DNA of 64,000 nucleotides from Oscillospiraceae bacterium (GTDB lineage: Bacteria > Bacillota > Clostridia > Oscillospirales > Oscillospiraceae). Every line of letters starts with the position of its first letter. Position 1 is the first letter of the stretch. A program made the position numbers and the translations under genes. Below the pieces are notes generated by a model, which saw nothing but the letters and a program-made list of their open reading frames with translations, did not search any database and was not told the origin of the DNA. Shown piece by piece: positions 19,166 to 27,840 of the stretch. The DNA lies in the NCBI GenBank assembly GCA_021203885.1, contig JAJQAH010000101.1, positions 20,667 through 84,666 of the forward strand, in the 5' to 3' direction.

Positions 19166-20035
19166 GTGGTTTTCTTGGAAAACACAGAAAAAGATGTGAT
19201 CCCCATTCTCTCTTCGAAGGGAGAAGATCTTCCCTCAGTGTTTCAGATTCCCCGCTTTAAGGACGCGAATGTCCTTGGGAAGAAACTGTCCGAGGCCAGG
19301 AAGCTGCGCGGTATGAGTCAAAAAGACGTGGCCGCATCCATGAAAAATTACGGAAATCCTCTTACGGCCGCCGCAGTCAGCCGCTGGGAAAAAGGAGATA
19401 CGCAGCCCAGCGCCCTTCAATTTCTTGCGCTATGTGATATCCTTCAAATCGGGGATGCCCAGAGCTTTTTCACGGGCCGTGTGCCGGAACCGCCGGAATA
19501 TTCCCCGGATCTGGACGCAAAGGGGCAGAATCTTCTTCGGTCTGTTAAGGATGCGCTGATCGCATCCGGCCAGTATCGTCCGAAAGGGAAACCAAGCGGG
19601 AAAGGCGTCGCGGAGGAGGCGGAAACAAGGATCGTACGGATCAATTCCAACCTGGCTTCCGCCGGTCTCGGCAATATGCTTGACGACGACCAGTATGAGG
19701 AACTGGAAGTCGCCGTTTCGCAGATTCCGGAGAGAACGGACTTTGGGATCCGCATCGCCGGGGACAGTATGGAACCGTACTACAAAGACGGTCAGATCGT
19801 CTGGATCGAGCAGTGCCGGGAACTCCGCCCGGGCGAAGTCGGTATCTTCATTCTGGACGGTGAGGGGTATATCAAGCAATACCGGGAATCCCGGCCGGAT
19901 GAGGATGAGCGGGAGCGTTACATATATGACGGTGTGGTTCATCCGAAGATATCGCTGGTGTCATTCAATGCAAAATATGCGCCCATACAGATCACGTCTC
20001 CGGATTTTGAGATTGTCGGACGGGTCCTGAATTAG
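19166..20035 (+). CDS. XRE-type HTH / peptidase S24 (LexA/CI/HdiR-like) self-cleaving transcriptional repressor
   Basis: HTH LGKKLSEARKLRGMSQKDVA. Candidate Ala-Gly cleavage site in NLASAGLGN, Ser in GDSMEP, Lys in GYIKQY. The TTG at 19175 is better spaced (10 nt) from the GAGAGGAG RBS than the GTG at 19166. Confidence 0.8.
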   Translation: MVFLENTEKDVIPILSSKGEDLPSVFQIPRFKDANVLGKKLSEARKLRGMSQKDVAASMKNYGNPLTAAAVSRWEKGDTQPSALQFLALCDILQIGDAQSFFTGRVPEPPEYSPDLDAKGQNLLRSVKDALIASGQYRPKGKPSGKGVAEEAETRIVRINSNLASAGLGNMLDDDQYEELEVAVSQIPERTDFGIRIAGDSMEPYYKDGQIVWIEQCRELRPGEVGIFILDGEGYIKQYRESRPDEDERERYIYDGVVHPKISLVSFNAKYAPIQITSPDFEIVGRVLN

Positions 20036-20087
20036 AAGTACGCTCTACGGAGCTTCGGAACGAAAACCCGCTCTGGAGGGATACACG

Positions 20088-21317
20088 TTGAGAACGATTC
20101 TGCACTGTGATTTGAATAACTTCTATGCCTCCGTAGAATGTATGCTCAACCCCTCTATCCGGGATTGTCCTGTGGCGGTATGCGGTTCTGTCGAGGAGAG
20201 ACACGGGATCGTTCTGGCAAAGAACTATAAGGCGAAAGCCTTCGATATTAAGACCGGAGATGCGGTATGGCAGGCGAAGCAGAAATGCCGGAATCTGGTC
20301 ATCGTCCCGCCTCATTATGAGGAATATATCAGATATTCAAAACTCGCCAAAAGCATTTACGGCCGGTTCACCGATCTGGTCGAGCCATACGGGATGGATG
20401 AATGCTGGCTCGACATAAGCGGAACCGAAAAACTCCTGGGTCCCCCTGAGAATGTGGCCGACCAAATCCGGGAGATCATCAAATTTGAACTGGGCATCAC
20501 CGCCTCCGTAGGCGTTTCTTTTAATAAGATCTTTGCGAAACTGGGTTCGGATATGAAAAAGCCGGATGCGGTGACCGTCATTTCGCAGTCTGAATTTCAA
20601 AAGAAAATATGGGGTCTCCCGGCTTCCGATCTGCTGGGCGTCGGAAGAGCGACAAAGCGAATCCTGGACAGGTACGGTATTCATACCATCGGGGAACTTG
20701 CGCGGGCGGATCCGGGCCTGCTGCAGAGGATCCTTGGTAAAAACGGCGTGGCTCTCTGGTCTTACGCCAGCGGATATGATGCCTCCCCCGTTTTGAACGC
20801 CGGCTTTGTCTCCCCCGTAAAAAGCGTGGGGCACGGGGTCACGACCGTCGCAGATTTGGAAAACAATGAGCAGGTGTGGTCGGTCTTTCTGGACCTGACG
20901 CAGGAAATCGGCCACAAGCTGCGGCTCCATCAGAAATGCGCAACCGGGACGGCCATCCACATCCGGGACAACACGCTTTCCTCGAAACAGTGGCAGACAA
21001 GCACCTGTATTCCGACACAGTCCCCCATGCTCCTCGCCAAAACGGCGTTTGAGCTTTTTAAGAAAAAATACCCGTGGAATACCCCGATCCGTTCTGTGAC
21101 GATTCAGGCGATCAATCTGGTTCCGCAGGATACGCCATATCAGTTAAATATGTCTGTTGACACGGAAAAGATCGACAAAATCGAAAAACTGGAAGACTGT
21201 GTCGAGGAGATCCGGGACCGCTTCGGGGAAAATTCGATCAGAAATGCGGTGCTGTGCCAGCACTCGAAATTCCCCTCGGTCCGCCCGGAAATTACAATGC
21301 CGACGGGCATGATATAG
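20088..21317 (+). CDS. Y-family DNA polymerase (UmuC/UvrX/DinB-like translesion polymerase)
   Basis: 409 aa, TTG start after GGAGGG. CDLNNFYASVE and YGMDECWLDISG catalytic acidic motifs, plus a little-finger region. Confidence 0.9.
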   Translation: MRTILHCDLNNFYASVECMLNPSIRDCPVAVCGSVEERHGIVLAKNYKAKAFDIKTGDAVWQAKQKCRNLVIVPPHYEEYIRYSKLAKSIYGRFTDLVEPYGMDECWLDISGTEKLLGPPENVADQIREIIKFELGITASVGVSFNKIFAKLGSDMKKPDAVTVISQSEFQKKIWGLPASDLLGVGRATKRILDRYGIHTIGELARADPGLLQRILGKNGVALWSYASGYDASPVLNAGFVSPVKSVGHGVTTVADLENNEQVWSVFLDLTQEIGHKLRLHQKCATGTAIHIRDNTLSSKQWQTSTCIPTQSPMLLAKTAFELFKKKYPWNTPIRSVTIQAINLVPQDTPYQLNMSVDTEKIDKIEKLEDCVEEIRDRFGENSIRNAVLCQHSKFPSVRPEITMPTGMI

Positions 21318-21360
21318 AGGACCGGCGGCGCGGGATTGTATATCCAGCTCCAATTAGGAA

Positions 21361-21696
21361 GTGAGAACAGTGGAAAAGCCGGAAAGAGAACAGCGTAACC
21401 CGTCGCGAAAAGCAGCGGGCGGCATGACCCGGGAAAGCCAGCGCATAAAGGTATATGTGAAGGTCAATGCCGATCATAACAGTGACGGCACGTGCAGTCC
21501 AAAAACGATCACCTTCGAAGACGGGGAAAAATATGAGATAGACCGGGTATGTTCCTGCTGCCGGGCCGCATCGACCAGAGCCGGCGGGATCGGGATCAGA
21601 TATACGATCCGTGTGCGCGGCACGGAAACCTACCTTTTCGACGAAGAAAACGGAAAGTGGTTTGTTGAGGGAAAAAAAGAGGCCTGTATACGTTAG
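21361..21696 (+). CDS. hypothetical small Cys-containing protein (third gene of the cassette)
   Basis: 111-aa ORF, co-directional and 43 nt after the polymerase stop. Start uncertain (GTG 21361, GTG 21370 or ATG 21424). No family recognised. Confidence 0.5.
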   Translation: MRTVEKPEREQRNPSRKAAGGMTRESQRIKVYVKVNADHNSDGTCSPKTITFEDGEKYEIDRVCSCCRAASTRAGGIGIRYTIRVRGTETYLFDEENGKWFVEGKKEACIR

Positions 21697-21723
21697 GAGC
21701 TTCATGCAGGGGAGGGAAGCAGA

Positions 21724-22032
21724 ATGTCCGGATGGTCAATCGTCCTAATACTTGTCATCATTGTCCTGGCAGTGGACGCCATCATTGCGAGCCGCATCTG
21801 GGCCATTGTCATCGGTGTCCTTGTTGCCGCGGCACTGGCAGCGTACATCATATATAAGGTAAGAAGCAGAAGAATCCTTTCCCGGCAAATCCAGGCGGCA
21901 AAACTGGACATATATCTTTTCAGGCTCGCCTGTGTGGTATATAAAGGTGTCTTCGGATCCGAATATACAGAGAAAAAAAGTCAGGCAAAAGAACTGCAAG
22001 ATATTTTGTATGAGGATGAAGAAGATTATTAA
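21724..22032 (+). CDS. hypothetical small membrane protein (fourth gene of the cassette)
   Basis: 102 aa. Strong GGGGAGGGAAG RBS, two N-terminal hydrophobic helices, acidic C-terminus (YEDEEDY). Confidence 0.55.
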   Translation: MSGWSIVLILVIIVLAVDAIIASRIWAIVIGVLVAAALAAYIIYKVRSRRILSRQIQAAKLDIYLFRLACVVYKGVFGSEYTEKKSQAKELQDILYEDEEDY

Positions 22033-22103
22033 CCCCGCTCATGGGCTGAGATCCTGCAGGGGACCTCAACCCCCGGAACCGGGCAGGGCAAGGAAACAGG
22101 CAC

Positions 22104-22142
22104 AAAAAGCCTCTGAGATTAGTTCTCAGAGGCTTTCTTTTG
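22104..22142. terminator. bidirectional intrinsic terminator (cassette / alaX convergent ends)
   Basis: GCCTCTGAGA-TTAGT-TCTCAGAGGC perfect 10-bp stem between AAAAA and TTTCTTTT. Confidence 0.85.
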
Positions 22143-22193
22143 GGCTTATATGGTTTTCAGTTTTTTCTGCCTGAATCAAAAAATTGCTTTCCT

Positions 22194-23345
22194 TCATGCG
22201 GGAAATTCGCTGAAAAACTGCCGGATCTTCTCCTCGGACACACCGCAGGATCCCTGAAAAAGGTGAGCGGACCCGCCCCCTTTTGCTTCGAGAGCGGTAC
22301 GGATCCGTTCCGACTGTGCGGAAAGATCTGTCTGCTCGCCGGCAATGGCAAATATATATCCGCCGTCATTCCCGCCGGAAAAAGCAGCCGCGACACCTGT
22401 CGTCTTTTCTGCCGCAGCGTTGCTCAATCTCCGCAGCTGGTCCATGGTAAAATCCGGCTGGAAGAAGACCAGGTTTCGGTCTGTCGGTTCGATGGATCCG
22501 GCCAGGACGTCAATCAGGCGGTCCGCAGCGGCCCGGCAGGCCCTGTCCAGATCTTCCTTTTCGTTCATTACCCGCTGCACAGCCGGTATCAGCTCCTGCT
22601 GTTTCGCAGACAGCAGACGGGACAGCCCGGCCGTTGTACGCAGCCGGTCCCCGTAATCCTCTATGGCGGCGCAGCCCGCCAGCATATGTATCCGGATCCC
22701 GCCGCGGTGTTTTTCGCTGTCCAGTATTTTGATCAGCCCCACCTGGCCCGTGCTTTTTATATGCGGGGCACAGCAGGCGCAGCAGTCACAGTCCTGAATG
22801 ATGACGATGCGGATCGGGCCGGTCAGCTCTTTCTTGCTGCGGTAATCGAGCTGTTCTCCCGGTTCGAGATACCGCGCCGTCACTGGGCGGTCTTCCCAGA
22901 TCACCCTGTTCGCGCGGTCCTCCGCATCGGCCACTTCTTCCGGCGTTAAGTTGCGGTCAAAATCCACCGTCACGCCGTCCCGACCCATATGAAATCCCAC
23001 ATTGTTGCAGCCATAAAGGCCGTGAACCACGCCGGAAAGTATATGCTCTCCGGAATGGAGCTGCATGTTGGTAAAGCGGAAATCCCAGTCCAGCGCGCCT
23101 CTGACGGTGCTTCCGGGCTCCAGGGGCATATCGGTCCTGTGCCGGACCTCATCTCCCTTCAGCTGCGTATCCAGCACCTGCGCCGGGCCGATGGATCCCC
23201 GGTCTCCGCTCTGGCCGCCGCCTTCCGGGAAGAAGGCTGTCTGATCCAGCGTGATCCAGAACTCCTGCCCGTCAGGAGCACAATCCGTCACCCGCGCCTC
23301 GAATTCCCGCAGAAAGCTGTCTTCTTCGTACAGCCGTTTTGTCAT
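22194..23345 (-). CDS. alaX: alanyl-tRNA editing protein AlaX (AlaXL type: editing plus DHHA1-like domains)
   Basis: 383 aa. HSGEHILSG and CCAPH zinc motifs of the AlaRS second additional domain. Its start overlaps the upstream protease stop (ATGA). Confidence 0.85.
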   Translation of the reverse strand: MTKRLYEEDSFLREFEARVTDCAPDGQEFWITLDQTAFFPEGGGQSGDRGSIGPAQVLDTQLKGDEVRHRTDMPLEPGSTVRGALDWDFRFTNMQLHSGEHILSGVVHGLYGCNNVGFHMGRDGVTVDFDRNLTPEEVADAEDRANRVIWEDRPVTARYLEPGEQLDYRSKKELTGPIRIVIIQDCDCCACCAPHIKSTGQVGLIKILDSEKHRGGIRIHMLAGCAAIEDYGDRLRTTAGLSRLLSAKQQELIPAVQRVMNEKEDLDRACRAAADRLIDVLAGSIEPTDRNLVFFQPDFTMDQLRRLSNAAAEKTTGVAAAFSGGNDGGYIFAIAGEQTDLSAQSERIRTALEAKGGGSAHLFQGSCGVSEEKIRQFFSEFPA

Positions 23346-24619
23346 GATTCACCGAGCACGATCGTCAGTGTCAGAGTCTGATCTCCCCGCAGGATCGTCA
23401 GTTCCAGGACACCGCCCACGCCCGCCCGGTTTCTGGCGGATGTCAGCTGGTCGAGGGTGGTCGTCTGCTGCCCGTTTGCTTCCAGAATGATATCCCCTGT
23501 CCGGACTCCGGCCTCCTGCGCAGGGCTGCCGGCAGTAACGGCTTCCACGGCGATCCCTCCGTCGATCCCGAGCAGTTCCGATTCGCTTTCAGTCAGTTCA
23601 TAGCAGGTAATCCCGATCGACGGCCGGATTATACTGCCGCTGGAAATAAGACTTTCCCCGACCTCCTTGACCACACTGGAAGGAATGGCGAATCCGAGTC
23701 CTTCCAGTGTCTCCACGGAGGACTCCATCTTCACGTTGGTGATCCCGATGACCTGTCCGCTGGAATTAAGCAGGGCGCCGCCGGAGTTTCCGGAATTCAG
23801 CGCCGCGCTGGTCTGGATCAGCTTCATGGAATAGCCGTTGACGGAGATCCTTCTGTCCACAGCGGAAACGATCCCGTCTGTCATGGTCCCGTAGAGCCCG
23901 GATCCCATCGGGTTGCCGATCGCCAGAACGGAATCCCCCACCTGGACCAGTTCAGAATCTCCGAATTCGGCCGCGGGCAGGCCGGTTCCGGAAATCTTCA
24001 GGACAGCCAGATCGGTTTCGTTGTCGTATCCCACCAGTGTGGATTCATACCGTTCGCCGCTGGACAGGGTCGTCCATGCGGAGGAGCATCCTGAAATCAG
24101 GTGGCTGTTGGTCATCAGGTATCCGTCCTCGGTCAGGATGACGCCCGTACCGGAGTACCGTGCTGTATCGTCGGCCGTTTCGATATAAACGATGGACGGT
24201 AAGACCTGATCATAGATCTCTCCGGCCGACAGGGTCTCTCCCGGTTCATTCAGTTCCAGTCGGAAATTTTCATCCAGCGGGCCGGCGGTAATCGAAGGTT
24301 CGGTTTCCTCCTCCACCTCGTCCCCGAATTCGCTGAAATAATCGCTGTAGTCCCAGTCGTCATCCTCCCCGACGTCATCATCAAACGCGGTAATACTCTC
24401 CGTGGCGGTGAAATACATGTCCCAGCCGCTGACACGCACACCGACCAGGCATACAAGAAGTACTAGAATCCCGGCGGAAAAGATCGCCAGCGGTACGATC
24501 CCGCGCGTGCCGAACCGGGGCCTGGGCATGGATCTTCTGGCGGATCTCTGTGAAAAATCCGCGTCTGATTTTTTATAAGGCTCCGCCGGTGTGGGGGAAC
24601 GGTAAAAATCCGATTGCAT
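23342..24619 (-). CDS. HtrA/DegP-family (S1C) serine protease with PDZ domain, membrane anchored
   Basis: 425 aa. N-terminal TM, acidic linker, GNSGGAL serine motif, C-terminal PDZ. Confidence 0.88.
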   Translation of the reverse strand: MQSDFYRSPTPAEPYKKSDADFSQRSARRSMPRPRFGTRGIVPLAIFSAGILVLLVCLVGVRVSGWDMYFTATESITAFDDDVGEDDDWDYSDYFSEFGDEVEEETEPSITAGPLDENFRLELNEPGETLSAGEIYDQVLPSIVYIETADDTARYSGTGVILTEDGYLMTNSHLISGCSSAWTTLSSGERYESTLVGYDNETDLAVLKISGTGLPAAEFGDSELVQVGDSVLAIGNPMGSGLYGTMTDGIVSAVDRRISVNGYSMKLIQTSAALNSGNSGGALLNSSGQVIGITNVKMESSVETLEGLGFAIPSSVVKEVGESLISSGSIIRPSIGITCYELTESESELLGIDGGIAVEAVTAGSPAQEAGVRTGDIILEANGQQTTTLDQLTSARNRAGVGGVLELTILRGDQTLTLTIVLGES

Positions 24620-24647
24620 GTTTCCAAGCTCCTTTTCAGAGGAAAGA

Positions 24648-26066
24648 TCAAACTTTTGTCAGCGTAAACGTAAACTCCGTCCATCCGTTTTCGCTGGTAA
24701 CGGTGATGTTTTCTTTATGGTTGTCCAGAATGGTCTTGACGATATACAGTCCCAGTCCCACTCCGTCCCGGTCCACGCTCCGGGAGTGGTCCGTTTTGTG
24801 GAACCGGTCAAAGATCATGGGCAGCTCGTCTTCCGGGATCGTCGCCCCTTCATCGCCCACACTGACGGTGGCCTTGATCCCTTTCCCGGGTGATATGATA
24901 ATGCGCAGCTGCCCGCCTTCTTTGGCAAATTTAATGGCGTTCTCCAAGATGTTATATCCCACCTGCGTGATGTCATCGACCTCTCCCCAGACCATCAGGG
25001 GTTCTTCCGGGAACTGGGCGTCCACCTGCAGGTTTTTGGCGGTGATCTTCGACTCCAGGCTCACTAAGACCCGTGCCATGACCTCCGTGATATCAAAAGG
25101 TTTCTGAGCCGTCACAGTCTCCGTCGTCTGCAGCCGGGAAATATCCAGCATCCTGCGGACCAGCCTGGACATACGCTGGGTCTCGGATGAGATCGTCCGC
25201 AGTGCCTCCTCCTGCCGTTCAGGCGGAATCGTTCCGTCCAGAATCCCGTCGGCATAACCCGAGATGGTCGTCATAGGCGTCTTCAGCTCGTGAGAAATAT
25301 TGGCGACAAACTCGCTCCGCCTGGTCTCGCTGGCATCCAGTGCCTCTGCCATGGCGTTAAATGAATCGGCCAGCTGGCCGATCTCATCACGCCGGCCGCG
25401 GTTGTCCACCCGGACGTCAAATTCCCCGTGGGCAAACTTCCGGGTGGCCTGCACCATTTCCTGTAACGGGCGGCTCTGATGAATCGCCATGAAGGAACTG
25501 ATAATGAAGGCGATCAAAATCACAATCACCGTCGTGAAAATGAACAGGGCAAGCAACGGCCGCCACAGGTTCAGCTGGTCCCCTGTGGACATACCGACAA
25601 AAACCAGCAGAGCTGGTAATTCCGCGTCGGCTCCGAGCGGGACATTCACCGTGGCCCCGAATACGTAGCTTCTGTCAGACAGGATCCCCAAAGTATCCAG
25701 CCCGGAGTAGGACCCGTTTTCCAACACCTGTTCCGCCGTCCCACCGGGCACTTCCCGGCCGACCAGTTCGATGTCGGATGCCGTGACGATCACGCCTTCC
25801 GTCGATGTAATCAGAACCGTGGTGTCGGTCATGCGCCCGATGGACACTATATAAGCCTGAAAAGCCGGATTTTGAACTGAGATGCCCTGACTGATCGCCT
25901 CTTCGGTAAATTCCGAAATAAACCCGACGTTCCGTTCCACGGTTCCCCGGTTCTCACTGATCATCTGCCGGTAAGACAGCAGCGCAAATGCGCCCCCGAG
26001 CAGAATGAAAGACAACAGGATCACGGCCATCATAACCAGGAACTGTCTATGCCACATGGATTTCAT
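24648..26066 (-). CDS. sensor histidine kinase (two TM, HAMP, HisKA, HATPase_c)
   Basis: 472 aa. H-box FVANISHELKTP, plus N and G boxes near the C-terminus. Confidence 0.9.
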   Translation of the reverse strand: MKSMWHRQFLVMMAVILLSFILLGGAFALLSYRQMISENRGTVERNVGFISEFTEEAISQGISVQNPAFQAYIVSIGRMTDTTVLITSTEGVIVTASDIELVGREVPGGTAEQVLENGSYSGLDTLGILSDRSYVFGATVNVPLGADAELPALLVFVGMSTGDQLNLWRPLLALFIFTTVIVILIAFIISSFMAIHQSRPLQEMVQATRKFAHGEFDVRVDNRGRRDEIGQLADSFNAMAEALDASETRRSEFVANISHELKTPMTTISGYADGILDGTIPPERQEEALRTISSETQRMSRLVRRMLDISRLQTTETVTAQKPFDITEVMARVLVSLESKITAKNLQVDAQFPEEPLMVWGEVDDITQVGYNILENAIKFAKEGGQLRIIISPGKGIKATVSVGDEGATIPEDELPMIFDRFHKTDHSRSVDRDGVGLGLYIVKTILDNHKENITVTSENGWTEFTFTLTKV

Positions 26067-26287
26067 AAGAAAATTTCAGCGCCGGAGCCCACCGCTTTTA
26101 GTCGGTGAAAGGAGCACTGTCAGACGGTGTTTCGCGCCTGAAACCTCAACCTTCGCAGAAAAATAATGTTTTGCCGGCCCCGGCGGCCTCAGCCGCCTGC
26201 AGCAGAAGCTTCCGTTTTTTAGAGAATCTGCGTTTCCTCTGCTGCCTCAGCGGGCATGAAAGCGCATCGCCTTCAGAAAGCGGGCGT

Positions 26288-26989
26288 CTACTCCTCAGCT
26301 TCCGACTCGGGAGAGACCTCGAATTTATAGCCCACGCCCCAGACTGTTTTCAGCCGCCACTGGTCACTGGCGCCTTCGAGCTTTTCGCGCAGACGTTTCA
26401 CATGTACGTCAACCGTGCGCGAATCCCCGAAATAATCGAATCCCCACACCTCATCCAACAGCTGATTGCGGGTGAACACCCGGTTCGGGGAGGAAGCGAG
26501 ATGATACAGCAGTTCCAGTTCCTTTGGGGGTGTATCCACACGTTTACCCTTCACGATCAGTTCGTAGGAATCCAGATTGATGGACAGGTTGTCGAAATTC
26601 AGGCACTGCCCCGCCCCCTCGTCCGCATTGAATCTGCGCAGGACGGCATGGATCCGCGCCAGCACCTCCTTCATCTGGAACGGCTTTATGATATAGTCAT
26701 CGGCCCCCATTTCCAGGCCCGTGACCCTGTCTTCCACCTCGCCCTTGGCCGTAAGCATAATGACCGGCGTTTTCCCCTCTTCCCGGATCTTTTTGCAGAC
26801 TTCCCATCCGTCCATGGATGGCAGCATCAGGTCCAGCAGCACCAGGTCGGGCTTCAGTGACTGAAACATCTCCAGTCCCTTTTCACCGTCGTCCGCCACC
26901 GCCGTCTCAAAGCCTTCCTTTTCCAAATACAGCTGGAGCAGTTCGGCGATATTTCCGTCATCTTCTATAATCAATACTTTGCGCGCCAT
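26288..26989 (-). CDS. OmpR/PhoB-family response regulator
   Basis: 233 aa. Receiver domain (DLVLLDLMLP) plus winged-helix output (TVWGVGYKF). Confidence 0.93.
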   Translation of the reverse strand: MARKVLIIEDDGNIAELLQLYLEKEGFETAVADDGEKGLEMFQSLKPDLVLLDLMLPSMDGWEVCKKIREEGKTPVIMLTAKGEVEDRVTGLEMGADDYIIKPFQMKEVLARIHAVLRRFNADEGAGQCLNFDNLSINLDSYELIVKGKRVDTPPKELELLYHLASSPNRVFTRNQLLDEVWGFDYFGDSRTVDVHVKRLREKLEGASDQWRLKTVWGVGYKFEVSPESEAEE

Positions 26990-27081
26990 TAAAATCGCTC
27001 CTTTCAGATCCGTCCCGGAAGGTTTTGTCCTCCCAAATATCCTTGATTTTTCCGTCGTACCTTTCGGGAAAAATGAAATTT

Positions 27082-27840
27082 TCAGAAATTCAATACCAGC
27101 CCTGTCCGCAGCGGGAAAAATCTTTCCGGGCAGGTCTGCCTAAGCAGGGAAAACGCGGGAATCCCGGTACAGTGTCCCGTATACACCCGTTCCACTCCCA
27201 GCTCCCCGGTCAGACGGCGGGCCAGCGCCTCAACTTCTTCCGGAGCCGGCTCCATCGTTTCAACCCCGCCCGGGCCCATCAGGTGGAGTCCTCCGATCAG
27301 CGCATGGACTTTCCGGCCGGGAAAGGAATCCAGGATCCCCTCTACAATATCGTCTGCGCCTGCGTGGCAGCAGGAGTTCATGACCACCAGCGTTCCGTCC
27401 TCCCGCTCGGCCACGAGGGACTGTTCGTGATACAGCCCGTCCGGCACCAAATAGAGGCCCGGCCCCAGTTCCCGGATTCCGTCCGCGCTGTCAAACCGGC
27501 CGGCATATTCCTCTTTCAGCTCTGCACACAGGCCGATATATTTTCCTTTCGGGTTCCGGTGTTCGTCCAGAACGCCCCTGCGTGCCAGGATCTTCAGTTC
27601 CGGCCGGATCCGGAGCAGAGGCAGAAACCCGTCCCCGTGATCATAATGGCCGTGAGAAAGCACCGCCGTCGGAACGCTTTGAACCGGGATGTTCAGCGTG
27701 TCCGCATTTTTCAGAAAATCGCCCGACTGCCCCGCGTCCAGCAGCACACTGCCGCCGGGATGATCCACGAACAGGGAGAGGCCGTGCTCGCAGCAAAGCG
27801 GCGGCGATCCGGCATTTTCGATCAGAACCGTGACCTTCAT
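27082..27840 (-). CDS. MBL-fold metallo-hydrolase
   Basis: 252 aa. HGHYDHGDG metal motif. Abuts the upstream cysteine desulfurase stop. Confidence 0.8.
   Translation of the reverse strand: MKVTVLIENAGSPPLCCEHGLSLFVDHPGGSVLLDAGQSGDFLKNADTLNIPVQSVPTAVLSHGHYDHGDGFLPLLRIRPELKILARRGVLDEHRNPKGKYIGLCAELKEEYAGRFDSADGIRELGPGLYLVPDGLYHEQSLVAEREDGTLVVMNSCCHAGADDIVEGILDSFPGRKVHALIGGLHLMGPGGVETMEPAPEEVEALARRLTGELGVERVYTGHCTGIPAFSLLRQTCPERFFPLRTGLVLNF

Noticed and set aside
19154-19198. 14-codon upstream ORF (MRGVWFSWKTQKKM*) overlapping the start of the S24 repressor gene.
   Set aside because: Its ATG precedes and partly overlaps the only Shine-Dalgarno sequence in the region, which is positioned for the repressor start. 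There is no evidence of function.
26528-26540. Single DnaA-box-like TATCCACA.
   Set aside because: It is an isolated occurrence inside a coding region. There is no cluster, no AT-rich unwinding element and no dnaA/dnaN nearby.
26105-26860. 251-aa plus-strand ORF spanning the regulator-kinase spacer.
   Set aside because: It is mostly antisense to the response-regulator gene, with a low-complexity Arg/Leu/Pro-rich translation and no RBS. The spacer itself is reported separately as non-coding.
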